A stretch of 63,481 bases of DNA, filler included. It is 5 parts of 5 records of this genome, joined end to end, with 100 filler letters (N's around TTAATTAATTAA, not from the genome) between each part and the next. Parts side by side here need not be neighbours in the genome. Positions count along the whole stretch, not along the records: positions 58,347 to 63,481 come from DRR378314_208; 4 more parts are not named here. One strand, given 5' to 3'. This document shows positions 63,201 to 63,481 of the stretch, in pieces. Below the pieces are notes generated by a model that worked only from the letters and a program-made list of their open reading frames with translations, ran no database searches and had not been told where the DNA came from. Each line of letters starts with the position of its first letter. Position 1 is the stretch's first letter. The position numbers and the translations under genes were made by a program.

Positions 63201-63307
63201 AGCGATAGAAAATCAATATTTGCTTTTGGTTGGTCCTTGCAGGAAGAAAAGCTGCCCAGGGCCATAATAATTACCAAAGTTTTGGTGGCAATTTGGTTTT
63301 GAAACAT
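60260..63307 (-). CDS. PVC-type heme-binding CxxCH lipoprotein (beta-propeller dehydrogenase-like + HEAT-like + cytochrome c)
   Basis: Lipobox-like FSSC; FASEP...NPT, DRILILEDTDGDGKAD, FGPDG.LY, FRNPYE, FRP.D....PDG.L..SDWY; C-terminal CSSCH...GPELS...I.YPS; start taken at MFQNQ (63307). Confidence 0.88.
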   Translation of the reverse strand: MFQNQIATKTLVIIMALGSFSSCKDQPKANIDFLSLSEQEKRNPEFALASMEVAEGLNLGLFASEPMVTNPTNMAIDAKGRIWVCEARNYRLFANPDNTYDDSGDRILILEDTDGDGKADTSKVFYQGEDINAALGIAVLGNKVIISVSPKVFIFTDEDGDDVPDSKEILFQGIEGVDHDHGVHAFVFGPDGRLYFNFGNNGKQLLDKNGEAVMDMHGQKILADGQPYREGMAFRMNMDGTNLEVLGHNFRNPYEITIDSYGGLWQSDNDDDGNRGTRINYVMEYGNYGYRDLLSGASWRERRTGWDNDIPKRHWHLNDPGTVPNLLQTGSGSPCGILFYEDNMLPQKFQNQPIHAEPGHNVVRAYIISESEAGYSAKIENLVKSKDNWFRPDDVTIAPDGSLFISDWYDGGVGGHKAEDIARGRIYRLSTSPEYRPVAIDPKTQDGAVKGLLSGNMDIFYQSWQKLHSMGEAAEPLLSELIAKGGIAKARALWIGSYIPTKSNDYIEIALMDEDPKYRMQGIRMARLKGTENLEKYLSLLADDKSAQVRREVAIALRFIGTETAAEQWAHLAAQHNAGDRWYLEALGIGADKFPELYFNAWKSNVGENWQSEAGKEIVWRIRAKESVPMLVSLIKDQKVQSTKLASYFRALNFKDHPSKNSYLMDMLTWSHPLKNQIQAYAIGQVDAKFVSSSPKNIKLVKEVLPKIEGTPEWIMAIKNLELKNQNEALFRVLANGSNTDIGKEAANLLLNNEGATLIGTFLHSQAPESSKMVILERLSGISNPTAIALLKENISSQELGHALTRKMIETLGNTGSGQEELYQMLKEDRLAEEFKTTTVLKLMTSWNNEIRTNAPKFLTAQGDGALDISKLVERKGNATHGKEVYATYCSSCHMAAGTGIEFGPELSDIGNKLSKQFLYSNIIYPSAGINFGFEGYSFKMKDGKTYTGYILSRTEDEITIKMMGGTQKILELQDISEQDALEQSLMTEGLANIMPEEDLVDLVAYLETLKVTTE

Positions 63308-63436
63308 ATGAACGTTTTTGGTTGTCCCACAATTTACCAAAAAAACTGGCATTAATTTAAAATAATGTTATAGTGTTTCGGAGGGGAATGTCCCAAAGTT
63401 TACTCGATAATCGAGATTATAATGCACCGCCGCGTG

Positions 63437-63481
63437 CCTGCCCGTTCCCGTATAGGCGGGCCTGCCCGTTCCTGCATAGGC
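63437..63481. repeat. 24-nt tandem palindromic repeat (CCTGCC...GGCGGG family), second copy truncated
   Basis: CCTGCCCGTTCCCGTATAGGCGGG then CCTGCCCGTTCCTGCATAGGC. Confidence 0.7.

Noticed and set aside
63437-63481. 24-nt repeats as a CRISPR array
   Set aside because: Directly tandem with no spacers, only two copies, and no cas genes

Overview
This window is not one locus. It is five unrelated contigs joined by artificial 100-nt linkers (44 N + TTAATTAATTAA + 44 N, with stops in all six frames) at 26857-26956, 40552-40651, 51668-51767 and 58247-58346. Taxon labels below are my inference from composition and gene content. (1) 1-26856, high-GC gammaproteobacterium (Alcanivorax-like): RIO kinase, Rieske oxygenase, DegV, MFS/YciI, a Tat-exported aldo-keto reductase plus NTT-like transporter, a YtkA-like protein plus MauG-type di-heme enzyme, gcdR-gcdH-CoA transferase, FAN1-like nuclease plus nuclease-helicase, and an operon of a 2076-aa secreted vWA protein and a Cys-less transglutaminase-like protein. 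(2) 26957-40551, Roseobacter-group: soxZ'ABCDEF with accessory genes and inverted soxGH-like genes. (3) 40652-51667, Halomonas-like: AcoR-type activator, MoxR/VWA pair, cobQ, glutaminase and a subtilase with a probable beta-barrel. (4) 51768-58246, eukaryotic: one gene of at least 2036 aa, open at both ends, with at least three tandem DUF2254-like membrane modules and a 369-nt GT-AG intron whose removal restores exact alignment between repeats. (5) 58347-63481, Flavobacteriaceae: bamA end, two skp/ompH genes and a PVC-type heme lipoprotein flanked by palindromic repeats. The mix resembles an algal-culture (phycosphere) metagenome. The best novelty candidates are the eukaryotic DUF2254 concatemer, the giant vWA/pseudo-transglutaminase operon, the Tat-AKR/NTT pair and the YtkA/MauG-type pair. 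I saw no rRNA, tRNA, CRISPR array or transposase.
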